A DNA stretch of 64,000 bases, taken from the NCBI GenBank assembly GCA_963693365.1, contig CAVNZM010000010.1, forward strand, positions 3,718,159 to 3,782,158, read 5' to 3'. How positions within the stretch are numbered: position 1 is the first letter of the stretch; every line of letters begins with the position of its first letter. A program made the position numbers and the translations under genes. Shown piece by piece: positions 1-32,155 of this stretch. This DNA comes from Amoebidium appalachense (lineage: Eukaryota > Protista > Ichthyosporea). Under the pieces are notes generated by a model. The model was not told the DNA's origin. It did no database searches and worked only from the letters and a program-made list of their open reading frames with translations.

Positions 1-61
1 TCACCACCACCGCTCTTATTCCCTCTCCCTGCCGGCCCTTCCTTCCTAACCCCTCCCTCCA

Positions 62-110
<49 letters not shown>

Positions 111-233
111 CAAAAAAAAAAAAGAAGAAGAAGAAAAGAAAAAAAAAAGAAAAAAAAGGAAAAAACCACCCCTCTCCCCCCAAAAAAATAACGAAAAGAG
201 AGAAAACAGGAAAGATAGATACTTTACACCTAC

Positions 234-850
234 CATCAGTGGGTGGATTCTCTCGTCAAATATGTCCAGAAATATGCCCTCCCCGGATTCGTGGCCAGCC
301 ACTATGCCGCTGTGCAACGCCCGAGAAACACTACACAGCATCCACAACGTCAGCTTGCATATCTCCTTCCCCTCCCCCCTCCCCCCCCCCCCCCCCCCCC
401 TCTCTCCCCCCCCCCCCCCTCTCTCCCCAACACATCACACATGAACACACACATACACTCCTTCCCCCCCCCCCCCCCCCCCATACCCACACTCACACAA
501 AGACACACACACACACACACACACAAACACACAAACACACGCACACACACACACCTCCCCCCTCCCCCTCCCCCCGCCTGAGGACCATTGCTGTGGTCTA
601 TTGAGCTATAACCTAATTTATCGCCCTTCCTTCCCTGTCCCTCCCACTCCGTCAAAATCGTTTTCATTAGATGCCCATCGCCTCTGTCCAACGACTTTTT
701 CCCATCATCCCTCACACAAACATAGCACCCTATATCTGCGCTTGCAGGCCATATCGTGCACATTCCCAGCTGCACACAAACACTCCGCCATGAAGCTTGC
801 TCCGGTTTTGACGGTCGTGTGGTATTTGCGTTGCGCAGGTGAAAAGCGTA

Positions 851-927
<77 letters not shown>

Positions 928-1819
928 ACGCCCGTGTGTAATGGTGGGAGTTGATTGAGACGGCAGTCAGCAGGGGAAAGAGATGGGGAGGGAAGGGGTG
1001 GGATGTAGGAAGGAGGGAAGACGGGACGGAGATAGGGAATTTTTCTGGTCAACACACATGCATCGACACCTACCATGCTAATATATCATCCATCTCCGGC
1101 TTGGTCAGCGTCGTGTCGACATACAATGAAGAACACGAATTTGACCTCCTGACCTTCTTCCCGTTCTTATCCACACCGCTCGAGACGGAAAACTCCCCTT
1201 CCTCCTTCTCATCAAGCGAGTTTCCCCACCCGTTAAACCTCCCCGCGCTTCTCACAATCCCGGCTACACCAGCGTGCAACTGAGTTGTGCTTGGTTCTCT
1301 TTGCACAGCGGCGGAAAGGAAAATCATCTGTTCCCGTGGGTTGTCTGTGGGTGCCTGTGTGCCCGTTCTGTCACTGATGTGAGAGATCGTGTTTCGTCTC
1401 CGTTTCTGTTCTGGAAAGTCGGCGGACGCTGCTGTTGTGGTGGATGAATGGATCGATTTCTGTGAGGATGTCGTGTCTGTTTGTTTCCCTCCAAAGTTTA
1501 CGCTCTCTGTGCGCACACGACACAGCTCCGGGCTGTTGAACGCCGACGTGTTTTCGCTCGTTTTTCGTGAGAGGGAGTGCGTGCGCGACTTAGAAGAGGC
1601 TTTGCGCCCTGCCTGCAGGTTGCTTGTCGTTCTTATTGCAGAGAAATTGGATATGGGAGACACCATTTTCTCCTGTGTTTTAGGTTCGTCACTCAACGAG
1701 GAATGGTCTGATTGTGTCGAAAAACCTTGGGGGCCGTCACTGTCAATAGAACCCTCTATGATGCTTCTCCGCCCCGCCCCTCCCTCACCCCCTGTCAGTG
1801 TGGATAGACAAATTCCCAT
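234..1819 (-). CDS. CCNY: Cyclin Y-like protein, 5' part (exons 1074-1819 and 234-330; continues off the left edge)
   Basis: Starts MGICLS (Gly2/Cys, acylation-type N-terminus). Contains ISHISDR..DNPREQMIFLS and RRSNSCSSLYVDTTLTKP, and a phase-2 join gives LA-C-VSRALHSGI..FLDIFDERIHPL, all matching the cyclin Y pre-cyclin-box motifs. Both donors are GTAGGTGT. Confidence 0.88.
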
Positions 1820-3293
1820 GGTAAGAAACTGAATGGCTGGGTATGCCTCTTTTCCGTGTAGTGGGTGCTTGTTTCGGCTGAAAAGAATGTGTTCTTTTGC
1901 TGTCTTTTGTGTTTCCGGTACATACGTAGTTTCTGTGATTTGTGGCTACTATTAGCTGTGTAGTTTTCATAAAGAGCAGTGAGAATACTAATGAAAATGC
2001 ACCCCGTATCTAACGGTGCAAACTAGGGGCAAAACGTGAAATTACTCCACTGTTTCCCATATCTTCTGCCTCTTTTCGTGTTGTACCCCTACGACACCAC
2101 CGTTCCCGTCCGAAATCACCAGGCGCGTAAATAACTGTGGTTATGCTTCTTTACGCTTCTTATAATGTGCAATTATTGTAAAAGTTACATAGGGTAAAGT
2201 AGCGCTTGGAAGGGGTGGAGAAAACGAAGATGGTGTCTTTTTGGGTGTGTGCCTGTGTGGCTTGGCTGTCGAGCCCAATGCCCGCATTTTCGCAATATGA
2301 TTGGCTTACATGATATAGATGAACCAATCAGAATCGATCTGTTAGTTTGACAGTAAGCCATGCGAGTAGATGAAGGTTACGTGATCATGTCATGTGCTCT
2401 CTCATATAGCAGAGAAAAAAAATGGCCAAAAGCAGATGGAAACAGTTGAAAACCATTATAAGAGTATATAAACCTTTTTCAGAGGAGTTATATCCATTTT
2501 TTACACAATAAAACATGTAATAGACAGCTTACAGTCACTTCCGTGGGTTTCATCTACGACGTTGATATAGGAATATCATTAGCATGACCTGTATCGAATC
2601 AAATGCTATAACGCCATTTTACACTAGCCATATATGGATCGGATAAGCAGAGTGCGATTACCATGCATTCGATGTGCCGCTGTGTTGTTATGATTAGCCC
2701 CTCAAAAAAGGCAGAACCAGCGTCATAGGATGAAAGGCAAAGCCTGGCAGAGTGTAGCACATGTTTGCTTTGTTATACGCCCGCGGCACAACTGGTGCAC
2801 ACAAATGTTTTTTCAACACATGCCACAAAGACTGAGTCAGGTCGACTGTCACGCTGACCTGACCCATGCTTCTACTCACAGGCTTTAATTCGAGGACTAA
2901 TATTATATGTATGTAGTACTGTACATGTGTCGTGCCCGTCATAGCATGACGAACAACAATGCGCATGCTGGTGTGGTTCTCGAAGTCTGTGTGTGGTCCC
3001 CTATAAACCAAACGAACAGCGTACAGCTGAGGATCTCAATGCGTTCAGGCACAACCGTGTACGTATACTGTATATAAAACTCAGCGTGTATTCAGAGTTC
3101 TTCTCCGCATTATTAATGTACTCAATGAGCCTAATAATATTGATTACCACACACCACACACACACCTATCCCCTTTCCACACTAGGGTAGCTACACCCGA
3201 TGCGCATGCGACACAGTACCATCATACCGGACGCGTGGGGTGGCACACATGCGCCGGACATAGACACTGTGACACAAGCGCACACCTAACCTT

Positions 3294-3327
<34 letters not shown>

Positions 3328-4850
3328 CACGCGCACACACATACACGCACACACACGCACACACGCACACACACACACACACACTCATGCACCCACACAC
3401 AACACACACACGCGGTGCTTACGTCACACACACACACATGCACACACACACACACATGCACACACGCACGCGCACGCGCGCGCACACACACAAAACACAC
3501 ACGCATCAGACACCGTTATCAACCCTCGGATAACTAGTACACACTTGTACTTAGTCCAGGGTTTACACCGCAGCCTCGCCGCATTGTCACACCAACATTG
3601 CACGACACACAATAATGCGCACTAGACAGGCACACACGGCGTATGTGCGTCGCACTACGCCATCATGCACTCCGGCTGTAACACGCGCACGCACACATAC
3701 ACACACAGCACATGCGCCGTCATGTACACACACTATGCATATACACACACATTTTGTACGGAACACAAAAGAAAGCTACATGCATATGCTAATTACCACC
3801 GACACATGTGCGCGCACGTGCACGAGCGCACAACCATATATCCACGTGTACACGCATCATTCTGGCAGGAACTGGCCATTGTCGCCCGTTACGTCCCAGC
3901 AGTTTTTTCTATTTTCAGCTGTCGCGGCATATGCATGTGCCTGTGCATCGATCACGTCAGCTATATTATCATTAGGGCCTCTTATTAGGGCCAACAAATG
4001 ATATTCAGCCTGCCGTTCAAGCACAGTCGGCAGAACTTTTACCTATTTTTCAGACACTTTGGCAGACCCCATGGCTATTTTCACAACAGGCCTGATGTAT
4101 AAAGACATACTATCGCCTAAGGGAGAGCGAGCCTCGGAGCTCGAGCCTCCGGCGGAGAGACTGAACGAGCTAGCCTAAGAAACGTCAACAAGATTTCTCC
4201 CGATACCACCAGCTGACTGCTGATTGGTGTAATAAAATGCTTCCCAACGTTGTGCAAGCTGCCGGCACAGCCGCAGGGTGGTTGAAGTTGCGCGGATGCA
4301 ACGGAGGCTGAGCGTCCAAGCACCTGTTGAGGGGCCCAGAGGGCTCAGGGCTTCAGCGGATAATACCTGAAATAATCAGTAGTGTAGAGGGAAAAAAGAT
4401 GGCGAAAAGCATGTGGTAATATGTACGTTGGTACGCGTACGTCAAATCCACTACTGCAGAGAATTGAGCAGATCGATCACAAAATATACTTTCATGGACC
4501 CCCCTAGTGGTGCAGAATAAGCTAATCAAATCGTTTACTGCAGTCCCCTAACACCCCTTTTATGATGTATCTCCACCTCAATGTTGCATATTGGACTCTC
4601 AGAGTAGACTCTCAGTCTGACAACTCATTTTCCAACATGGCTACGGTTCATTTGCAGTTTCAGTTGTCACAGCAAACAACACACCATGAATAAACACGCA
4701 CACATTAAGAGAGAGAGAGACGGGTAGAGCGACAGATGCAGAAGAGGAACGAGAGGGAGAAGTTAGTAAACAACAGAAAATAAAGTTATATACACCACTT
4801 AGTTTAGTACACCTCCACTCAACTTTACACAACCTTTCCATGTTGTTTCC

Positions 4851-5595
4851 ATGTCGAGTGAACGTGCAGGCGTCATGAACTTCTTCAGTTGGTTGACGGG
4901 CAGTAATTACTCGTCACTTGGAAAAGTTGACACTGCTTCTGGCCAGGCGGCAGGGCTGGAAACGGAGTTTAAGGTGTATAGGGCGTCGGTCGCTCCGGCC
5001 AGAAAAAGGTAAGCGTGAGATTGTTAGTGTGCTTGTGCACGTGTGCGTACACACCGTGTGTGTTGGTGTGTGTGCGTGTTTGGAAGAAGGAGGGTGGAGG
5101 GGGGGAGAAGGGGGGAGGGGAGGTTGGGGAGGGAAGACGGGAGTTGTGTGTGTGTGTATGCGCGCGCGCGCGCGTGTGTGTGTGTGCAAGTGCGCCCGCG
5201 CGTGTGTGCATGTGTGGGTACACACAGTCGTGTGTGCATGAGTGTGCGGTTTGTGTCTTCCCCCCCCCCCCCCCCCCCCCTTCCACCCAGTCACCCACCC
5301 CTTTCAACCTCCCCCTCCCTCCCTCCCCACCCACCCACCCCTTTCGAACCCCCTCCCCCTCCCCAGCCACCCACCCACCCCTTTTACCCCCCCCCCCCCC
5401 CCTCCCCCTCCCCCCCCCCCCCCCCCCCCCAAACACACACACAAACAGGCACGCGCTGCTTTCCCTCCCTTCCTCCCCCCCTCCCCCCCCCCCCCCCCCC
5501 CGGCCCGTCCTCTACAGCCTTTCCATCCCCTCCTCCAGCCCTCACCCTTCTTCTCTCCAACCTCCGTTTCATCTCCCCCTTGCCCCCTCCCCCCG

Positions 5596-5652
<57 letters not shown>

Positions 5653-5837
5653 CCCCCACCCCCCCCCCCCCCCCCCACCCCCCCGCCCTCCCCCCCTTTT
5701 GAGGTTGGGTTCTGCCTATAATGCACACCCTTTACATATGGTTTGCACTCTGCATTGTGTTGTTCGTATTGAATGTGTACTTCGTACTCTATGGCGCGCT
5801 CAAACCTCCCCGCCCCCTCCCCCCCCCCCCCCCCCCT

Positions 5838-5875
<38 letters not shown>

Positions 5876-6309
5876 CCGCCCCCCTTTTTGCTGTTTGGCG
5901 CCAAACAGTTCCCCCAATCCTGCAGACTGCCTAGTTATGGATTCAAGACTCTTTCCCCCCCCCCCCCCCCCCCATACACACACACGCACACCCTCTCATT
6001 CCCCTATTCCCTTTTGGTCACGGGTTGCGGATTCTTTCTTATCATAATATTGTCTTCAGCCATGAAGATATTAGAGACGCCGAGTATTCGCCGGATTTCG
6101 ATATGGGGCCCGTATTTTCATATTCCGTTACAAAAACTCCCCTCTACAGCGCCGTTCTCCATGTGGAGTCTACGGGGTTCAGATTGGCGGGTGCCCATGG
6201 TGCAAATACCCTCTATAGGTTACCCTCCCCCCCCCCCCCCCCCCCCCCACCTCGCCCGCCCACCCCGACCCTGCCCCCCCCCCCCCCCCCCTGCCCCCCC
6301 TCCCCCTCC

Positions 6310-6346
<37 letters not shown>

Positions 6347-7254
6347 AAAAACACGCATAGGCACACACACACACACACGTGTTCACGCGCTGCACGCAAT
6401 GCACACTCTGATGCACGCACGCACACACTCGCATACATGGAGACACACACACACGGACGGCCCATGCGCGGGCACACACACACAGACAACTTAACACATG
6501 CACACACACGTAGACACGTACACGCATGTTCACACCCGCCCACCCACATACACATTCAAACACACACACACGCTCTCTCTCTCTCTCCCTCTCCCCCCCC
6601 CCCCCCCCCTCTCTCTCTCTCTCTCGCACCCTTTGCTCCTCTCCACCCTCTCTTTTGGTGTGTGTGCATGTGTGAGTTGTGTGTGTGTGTGTTAATATGG
6701 AGAGAGGAAAAGGGGGGGGGGGGGAGGGGGGGAGGGGTGGAAGAGAAAGAGAGAGAAAGAAATGGGGGAGGGGAGAGCAAGAGGGAAGGTGGGGGAGGGG
6801 AGAGCAAGAGGGAAGGGGATGCGTGAACAGGGTTAGGGTAGAGATGAGTGAGTGTATGTGTGTGTGTGTGTGGTGGTGGGGGGGGGGGGGGGGGGGGGGT
6901 AAAGGCACGATGTTGTTTGGTGAGCATCTTCGTGATTGCTGTCTGTTGCAGTCCCCCCCCTTGCCCACCTTTTCTCCCGTTTATTTTCCTTACTCTTTCC
7001 TACGGCTTGCCTCTACTCCCCCCCCCCCCCCCCAAAAAAAAAAAAAAAAAAAAAACTCTTCGGTACACCCACACGCCAGCCCCCCCCCCCCCCCCCCCCC
7101 CCCCCTCCGCCGGGCCATCCCTCGAACTCCCTCCCCCTCCCCAAACCCAGCCAACATGCATGAAAGCATGCATACAGACAATCGCCGACACACCTTAACA
7201 CGTTTCCGCCAACGTAACCCCCCCCCTCCCCCCTCCCCCCTCCCTCCCCCTCCC

Positions 7255-7287
<33 letters not shown>

Positions 7288-7674
7288 TCACACAAAAAGC
7301 CACAAAATTTACCCACACCCACCGCACGCGCGGCCATTTCCACCTATACCAAGCACGTACACGCACATACACAGACGCACACACGTACGTGCGCACGGGG
7401 ACACCCACATCCACAACCACATATCGATATATACGGGCGTGCACATAACGCAACAACCATACACAAGCGTGTGCTCACACGCACACATGTGTGTGTGTGC
7501 GTAGGCACCCGTGCTCCCACTTACAAAAATGCTCACACCTACACATATACACACCCACACGAACACGCACAAACACCAACACCTTCTTATACATGTGCGC
7601 ACACAAAGCACCCACACGTACACACGAGCTCCCCCCAAGACCCCACACACTTATACTCATCCCTTATACACACG

Positions 7675-7764
<90 letters not shown>

Positions 7765-7987
7765 ACACACACGCACACACGTATGCAGATACGAAGACAT
7801 GCGTCACCTATGCCACCACCGCACCTCCACGGACCGGTTTCTCGCGTTTGTGATGGCTGACGGACAGGTGGTGGCGGTGTGCAGTCCGGACACTGTACGG
7901 ATAAAGGAGTCGATTATGGAAGCAATACACGTACACACGAGGATGGAAACACAGTACGTGTGTGTGGGAGAGGTGAAGGACACGTGA
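4851..7987 (+). CDS. Uncharacterised ~160-170 aa protein, possibly PH/PTB-like (exons 4851-5008, 6060-6218, 7789-7953 or to stop 7987)
   Basis: Three complex-sequence islands among simple repeats join in frame through phase-2 GT-AG introns: MSSERAGVMNFFSWL..ARK/SHEDIRDAEY..NTLY/RYEDMRHLCHH..FLAFVMADGQVVAVCSPDTVRIKESIMEAI. An alternative last exon at 9034-9037 (cag|A TGA, AATAAA at 9059) is possible. The fold is a guess. Confidence 0.65.
5701..5806 (+). mobile_element. 5'-truncated copy of the poly(C)-anchored family
   Basis: GAGGTTGGGTTCTGCCTAT..TGCATTGTGTTGTTCG..GTGTACTTCGTACTCTATGGCGCGCTCAAACC, then poly(C). Confidence 0.7.
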
Positions 7988-8510
7988 TAATCGTTTACCT
8001 AATATGGAAGTTTTTCCTAATTTGGAAGGTGGGTGACGACCCGAAGATGTCATAGAGGAGATACACGTGCACGCGAGGATGGAAACACAGTACGTGTGCT
8101 TGGGAGAGGTCAAAGACGCGGCGTCGTGATAATGCTATCATTTCCTGATTTGGAAAGTTTTTTCCTAATTTGAAAGGGTTTTTTTCCTAATTTGGGATGT
8201 TTACCGGTGCGCGTTGAGCCAATACTGTAGAGGGAATGCAAGGGTGGGCCAAAATGAAAACACCTTGTGTGTGTGGGAGAGTCATGGGCACGTGGTATTG
8301 ATTTCCTAATTTGGAAAGGTTGACCTTTAACGAGGAGCCATTCGTCGTGGTGGACTAGCACTGAGAAGGGAGAGATCAAGTGCATCCACGTGATCATTCA
8401 AGTTATTTTTTTCCTTATTTGGAAGGTGGAGCGTGCACGGAAGCCAATCATCGTCTTCTACACGTGATAGTTGTTTCCTAATATGGAAGGTTGACCGGTG
8501 CGTGCGGAGC
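7915..8510. repeat. Degenerate tandem repeat (~136 bp for the first two units) including the exon-3 end of the gene above
   Basis: ATACACGT(A/G)CAC(A/G)CGAGGATGGAAACACAGTACGTGTG at 7925 and 8061. TTTCCTAATTTGGAAG-like blocks recur to ~8490. Confidence 0.8.
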
Positions 8511-9124
8511 CAATCATCATGTGGCGTGTTTGGGCAGGGGGGTAGGGGGGACTCGGGAGGCCTAATGATGGCAGTGTGCAAAATGAAATTTGGGGTGGTC
8601 GGGTTGAGAGCCACCGGCCCGGTGAGAGCAAGAGAAGCCCCGAACCAATGTGTAATGAAAAGTTTTAACAACCAGGATGGGAGATGCTGGCAAATGTATA
8701 TGTATGTGTTTTGTGTAAGTTAAACCTAGCGAAGGACCGACGTAAGACATATGGAGTGTTGTTTTGGTGGATTGGTGTTGTGGTGATTAAGCGAATGCCA
8801 AACATGGATAAGTGCTAGTAACGGGAAAGTGTTGTATCTAGTGAATGTTCTCCGAATGAGGTTTGAGTTCACCGTTAATTTTGCCGTTATCTGGAGTTGA
8901 TTGAGAATGAATGGTTACTTGGCTAACGATAGAAAGAGAGAGACGAAAAGCGATTGATTGGATTATAAGGAAACTTCTAAAGGGTAATGTATGTAGGCTT
9001 GTCCGTAAACTGTAACAGTTGTGTGTGTCCCAGATGATTAATTTGAGTTTAAAGCTTTAATAAACCTGCAATCATTTCCGCATTGATTGTGCACACCAGA
9101 TAGTGCTATTTGGAATTATGCGCG

Positions 9125-9235
<111 letters not shown>

Positions 9236-9955
9236 CTCATGATCTCTTCATGGCCTTATGCAAGACGTCCCCCCGTGTACACACAAACTCGGCAACATGG
9301 GGAAAAAAAGACTGCTAAGTTTTATGGATCAGTTTAATAAGTAAACCGACAAAGAGCTGCAGATATAAGACACACGGACAACACTTAAGATTTTGCACTG
9401 CAGCTTGGTCACATGAAAATCCGGCTTAAATGATGTCGTATGCTTGCGCCAAATCAATCTACGATCTATTCAACATATGCATGCCGTTTTAAAGTCGATA
9501 ATACTTTGCCAAATGGTTTTCCCTATATCAATATTTCGGGTATACCAAACAAAACCTGATTTCCTGTTAATTTTAAATAGAATGGGAACCATAATTCGGG
9601 TTTGGTTTACACGGGTCTATTTCAAAAAATCCCCCGGCTTTGCCCTATGCCTTGTAACCAGCACTCACCCCCCCCCCCCCCCCCCCCCTCCCGCCTCCCC
9701 CCCCCCCCCCCGTCCGAACTGGGTACTACCAAAACAATTGGTATATGCATGCTTGCTTTCCCTCCATACACGTTCCCTACATCTGGAAACCACACCAAGG
9801 GCATAAGCACCTTTGAACACCCATCCACAGTGTTTGTTACAGTAAAAGAACTAGGTTTAATTGCGGGAAACTCCCCTAATAACACTTTGCACAATACCAT
9901 AATAATAATAATAAATACCGGGGAAGACTAATTTCCGGGGTTTTTCACAATGGTT

Positions 9956-13625
<3,670 letters not shown>

Positions 13626-13818
13626 ACTCGATACTGTGAACTAGAGGTATTCTGAAAGGGCATAGAATGAGAATGTATTAGAAGATTTATGCAAAAGGAA
13701 AGAACATCGAGGTCAGAATGCTTTTTGTTTCAGTTCAGGTGTTGTCTGTTTTGCGACTTCAGGCCACAAAATTTTGGACGGCGCGCCGGGCTTTCCCCGC
13801 CGTTGATGATCACAGAGC

Positions 13819-13832
13819 GGCTTACGTAAGTG
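13819..13832. promoter_or_regulatory. TTACGTAA palindrome (bZIP-type site) in the divergent SNX3/MFS intergenic region
   Basis: GGCTTACGTAAGTG is the reverse complement of CACTTACGTAAGCC, which occurs twice upstream of KPNB1 (48750, 49181). A CCAAT box follows at ~13845. Confidence 0.4.
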
Positions 13833-14920
13833 AGGCGTGCTCATCCAATAATACTATGTTGTAAGCCATATATCATGATATATGGGCCACCTGCCGGAAT
13901 CAGGAATGCAAGAATACCGTGATCGACTTTAGCAGAAACATCGGAAGAGGAAGAGGAAGAAAAGAGCGTTAATATAAGCTTGCTTGCTTGAAGGTCAGTA
14001 AATTTCACGAGTTAAAAGCACCGGCAGTACTGCCACCGACGGCTCATGAACTCTTTTTGAGCAAATCTCACGCTCCCACGAGGAATTCGTGGCGATATGC
14101 GGGTCACAGCGGGCTTTAGAGGGGTTGTGCCGTTTGTGACATGTGTGCCCACACAATACTATGCACGATACTGCGATTGTTGAATCTGCAGCTGCTTCTG
14201 TGAGAAATCTCACCCACTACACCGGAAGTGTGCATATAGCACGTTCAGGTATTTGCATGCACTTCGGGTGAGCAACCACAGCGAGATCTAAAGCGGGCAT
14301 GGATATCAGGCAGTGATTGGTAGATCTATCCCGCCATCGATGAGAGAGAGATTGCTGATTGGTCTATCTTTCCAGACCACGCCCCGCATTCCAACATCAG
14401 TAGTGCCATCCTAGCTGGGCATGTGAGAACCGGTTGGCACTTGTGACCGTATTGGTGCAGACAGAAGATATTACTCTTGTGATACCTAGTAGCATACAAG
14501 GAACTTGGTGGATCCGTGTACGTGACAAATACATACGCACACATTTTTTCACACACAATAATTATTTTGCTGAGCCGGATCCGCGAACATAGTATGGTGG
14601 ACTGGTCTGGCGTCTTCCACTCATGGCATTGTGACAGCGACTATCTAAAGCCTGCATGAAACAATTTCAAGCCTCCCCAGAATCCTAACATCTATTTATA
14701 TTTTAGAATTCACCTGTCGTCGACTTGCAGGCCGAAGTGGTTCAGATAGCAAGCCATAGTTTTCAAACGGTGTGCACATTTTTTTTATTTTTTTTTTCCT
14801 CCCCTCCAAATCTCGGGATAGCCTGGTCAAAGCTTCTCATTCGTTCCCCCTTCTAACGGCATGTTACACATGTAAAGGCAGCATTTATAGATTAGAACTT
14901 TTCTACAAATAGTTCTGACA

Positions 14921-30224
<15,304 letters not shown>

Positions 30225-30258
30225 ATCTTCAACGCCCTCCCTCCCTCCCTCCCTCTCT

Positions 30259-30299
<41 letters not shown>

Positions 30300-30305
30300 C
30301 CCCTC

Positions 30306-30336
<31 letters not shown>

Positions 30337-31049
30337 ATACACACACACAAACACACCCAACACTCCCAACACCCCCCCTCCCCAAAACCACCAAACACAC
30401 GCGCGCGCGAGCCCACCACCGCCACCACCCAACCAACCACTCATCACTCTATTAATAATATTGGTCTCTTTCTCATGATCAGTGGGTTCTCTTCCGAAGT
30501 TTTTCTTAGAGGTTTCCTTTTTCTCACCCTCTCGAGAACTTTTACTCTGTAAAGTTGCTACACGGCCGTAATGGTTTTTGGGGGGAGCTTGCGAGTCTTT
30601 CTGATTGGATCCAAGTCATTAGCCATTTATGTCAGCTTTGGGCTTTGTGAATGTATAATCTGTTTGAACGGGCTGACGGCACCCCTTTTTTTTTTGTTTA
30701 AAGAGATAATTTCTAAAAAGTCTTTAATACTCATTTTATTGTATACTCGTGGGTTTGCTGAGCTGGGTAGGGTTTTGATTTTTTTTTTCTTCCCCATCCT
30801 TATAGTGAGCAGGTGCCTAATATAGCTTACTGTTGAATACGAGATAATGTACGATCATATATTTATTGAAACACACACACACACAGAACGAACACACACA
30901 TACGTGCACACGCACATGCATGCGCACTCGTGCACCCACACAAGCTTCAGCACGCATGTGCTCGCATACTTGGACACACGGACATACCTTTTTTATATTT
31001 TATTCATTTTTAACGTGATGATTATTCCGTCGGCTTTGGGTGGGTCAAT

Positions 31050-31190
31050 ATCCAAGTGTGACATATCCATACGCATCACGTGCATATCACACTGCATGCC
31101 TATCACACCATGTGCCAGATACCACATCTTGTTCGCATCAATTGATGTATATCACACTTTGTGCATATCTCACGTTGTGTAAATACATAT
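31050..31190. repeat. Degenerate ~16-bp minisatellite (CACGTGTATATCACAC-like)
   Basis: Recurrent (T/C)GTG(C/T)ATATCACAC units. The same unit appears at 34212-34290 and 34427-34525. Confidence 0.6.
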
Positions 31191-31486
31191 GTAAGAAAAA
31201 AAAGATAGGCCGAACGGTCACTATTACACATCTGTACTGCCGCTTGTAGCCACCAGCAATCCTTAGCACAAACAACTGTAGTATGCCAACGAAGCAAAAC
31301 AAACTTTCGCAAGAAAAAAAATAGAGTAAATAAAAATACATATAACACTTGGATGCTGAGACTCGTTTTTTTCCCCTTCATTTTTGTTTTTCAATGTTCT
31401 ATTTTTTTCGGGAGGGGGGAGAAAGGGGGGGGGGGGGGGGGGGGAGGGGGCTTGAAGATTATTTATTCTTTATAGAAGTTCTTAAA

Positions 31487-32155
31487 TTAAATGTCGCCAT
31501 CCTCCCCAACGTTTCCAGAATCATCCAAAACCGTTACATGCCTTCCGGTAGTTCTGCCCTTCTTCCATGCCATATATCGCTTTTGGTATGAAAATGTGTA
31601 CTCACCGGGTCTCCCTTTACGTTTGACCAAATCAAGAAACCAGGTACAAAGCAATCCCCGGCAGGGATACGAAAAGTCAAATTGTGGACAGGAAAACACC
31701 CACTCCTCCAGATTCTCACACGAGGCCAAAAACCCTACGAAAATGACGCTCACGCAAAAAAAAGTCGTCGGCTCAAGTGTTAGCTGGCCAAGGTGGGCAA
31801 GGGTCACAGAAATCTTTCGCATAGCGCCTGCCCATTTCGCGGTCCCCATATGAAGCAGGTGAATCGGTTTCATCAAGAGTTCAACAGGCAATGGGTATTT
31901 TTTGAAGGCATGGAATATTTGGAAGACGAAGGTGGGATTGATGGCGACGGGATGGGGGATGGGCACAGAGCGCACGACGTGACTCCACAGTTTGCACACG
32001 AGGGTGCAGGTGAGGCGCGTGTTTGTGTCGGGCAAAAACGAGAAAATGTGAACAAGCAGGTCTGTGCAGCGTCTGTTTGCTAGAACCAACTTCTCTGCCG
32101 AGGTGGTGTAGGTGGCTTGAATTTCTTCTTCTTTGCTTAACTTATTGCGAGCCAT
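31487..32155 (-). CDS. F-box domain protein (~222 aa; 3' end may be spliced at a GTGAGT donor near 31605)
   Basis: DLLVHIFSFLPDTNTRLTCTLVCKLWSHVV fits the F-box consensus (LP.E/DLL..IF.FL....R...VCK.W). The ORF has complex, non-repetitive sequence. Confidence 0.7.
   Translation of the reverse strand: MARNKLSKEEEIQATYTTSAEKLVLANRRCTDLLVHIFSFLPDTNTRLTCTLVCKLWSHVVRSVPIPHPVAINPTFVFQIFHAFKKYPLPVELLMKPIHLLHMGTAKWAGAMRKISVTLAHLGQLTLEPTTFFCVSVIFVGFLASCENLEEWVFSCPQFDFSYPCRGLLCTWFLDLVKRKGRPGEYTFSYQKRYMAWKKGRTTGRHVTVLDDSGNVGEDGDI

Noticed and set aside
579-611. Extra cyclin Y exon with a GC donor
   Set aside because: Exons 1074-1819 and 234-330 already join in frame with an ungapped match to the cyclin Y motif.
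4117-4380. GC-rich island as an ncRNA such as RNase P/MRP
   Set aside because: No conserved-region signatures or convincing helices were found.
5015-7860. Long Pro/His-Thr/Cys-Val-rich ORFs (603 aa, 393 aa and many similar across the window)
   Set aside because: These are translations of poly(C), (CA)n and (TG)n intronic repeats that lack stop codons by composition.
7915-8510. CRISPR-like repeat-spacer array
   Set aside because: Eukaryotic context, degenerate units, spacers similar to each other, and no cas genes.
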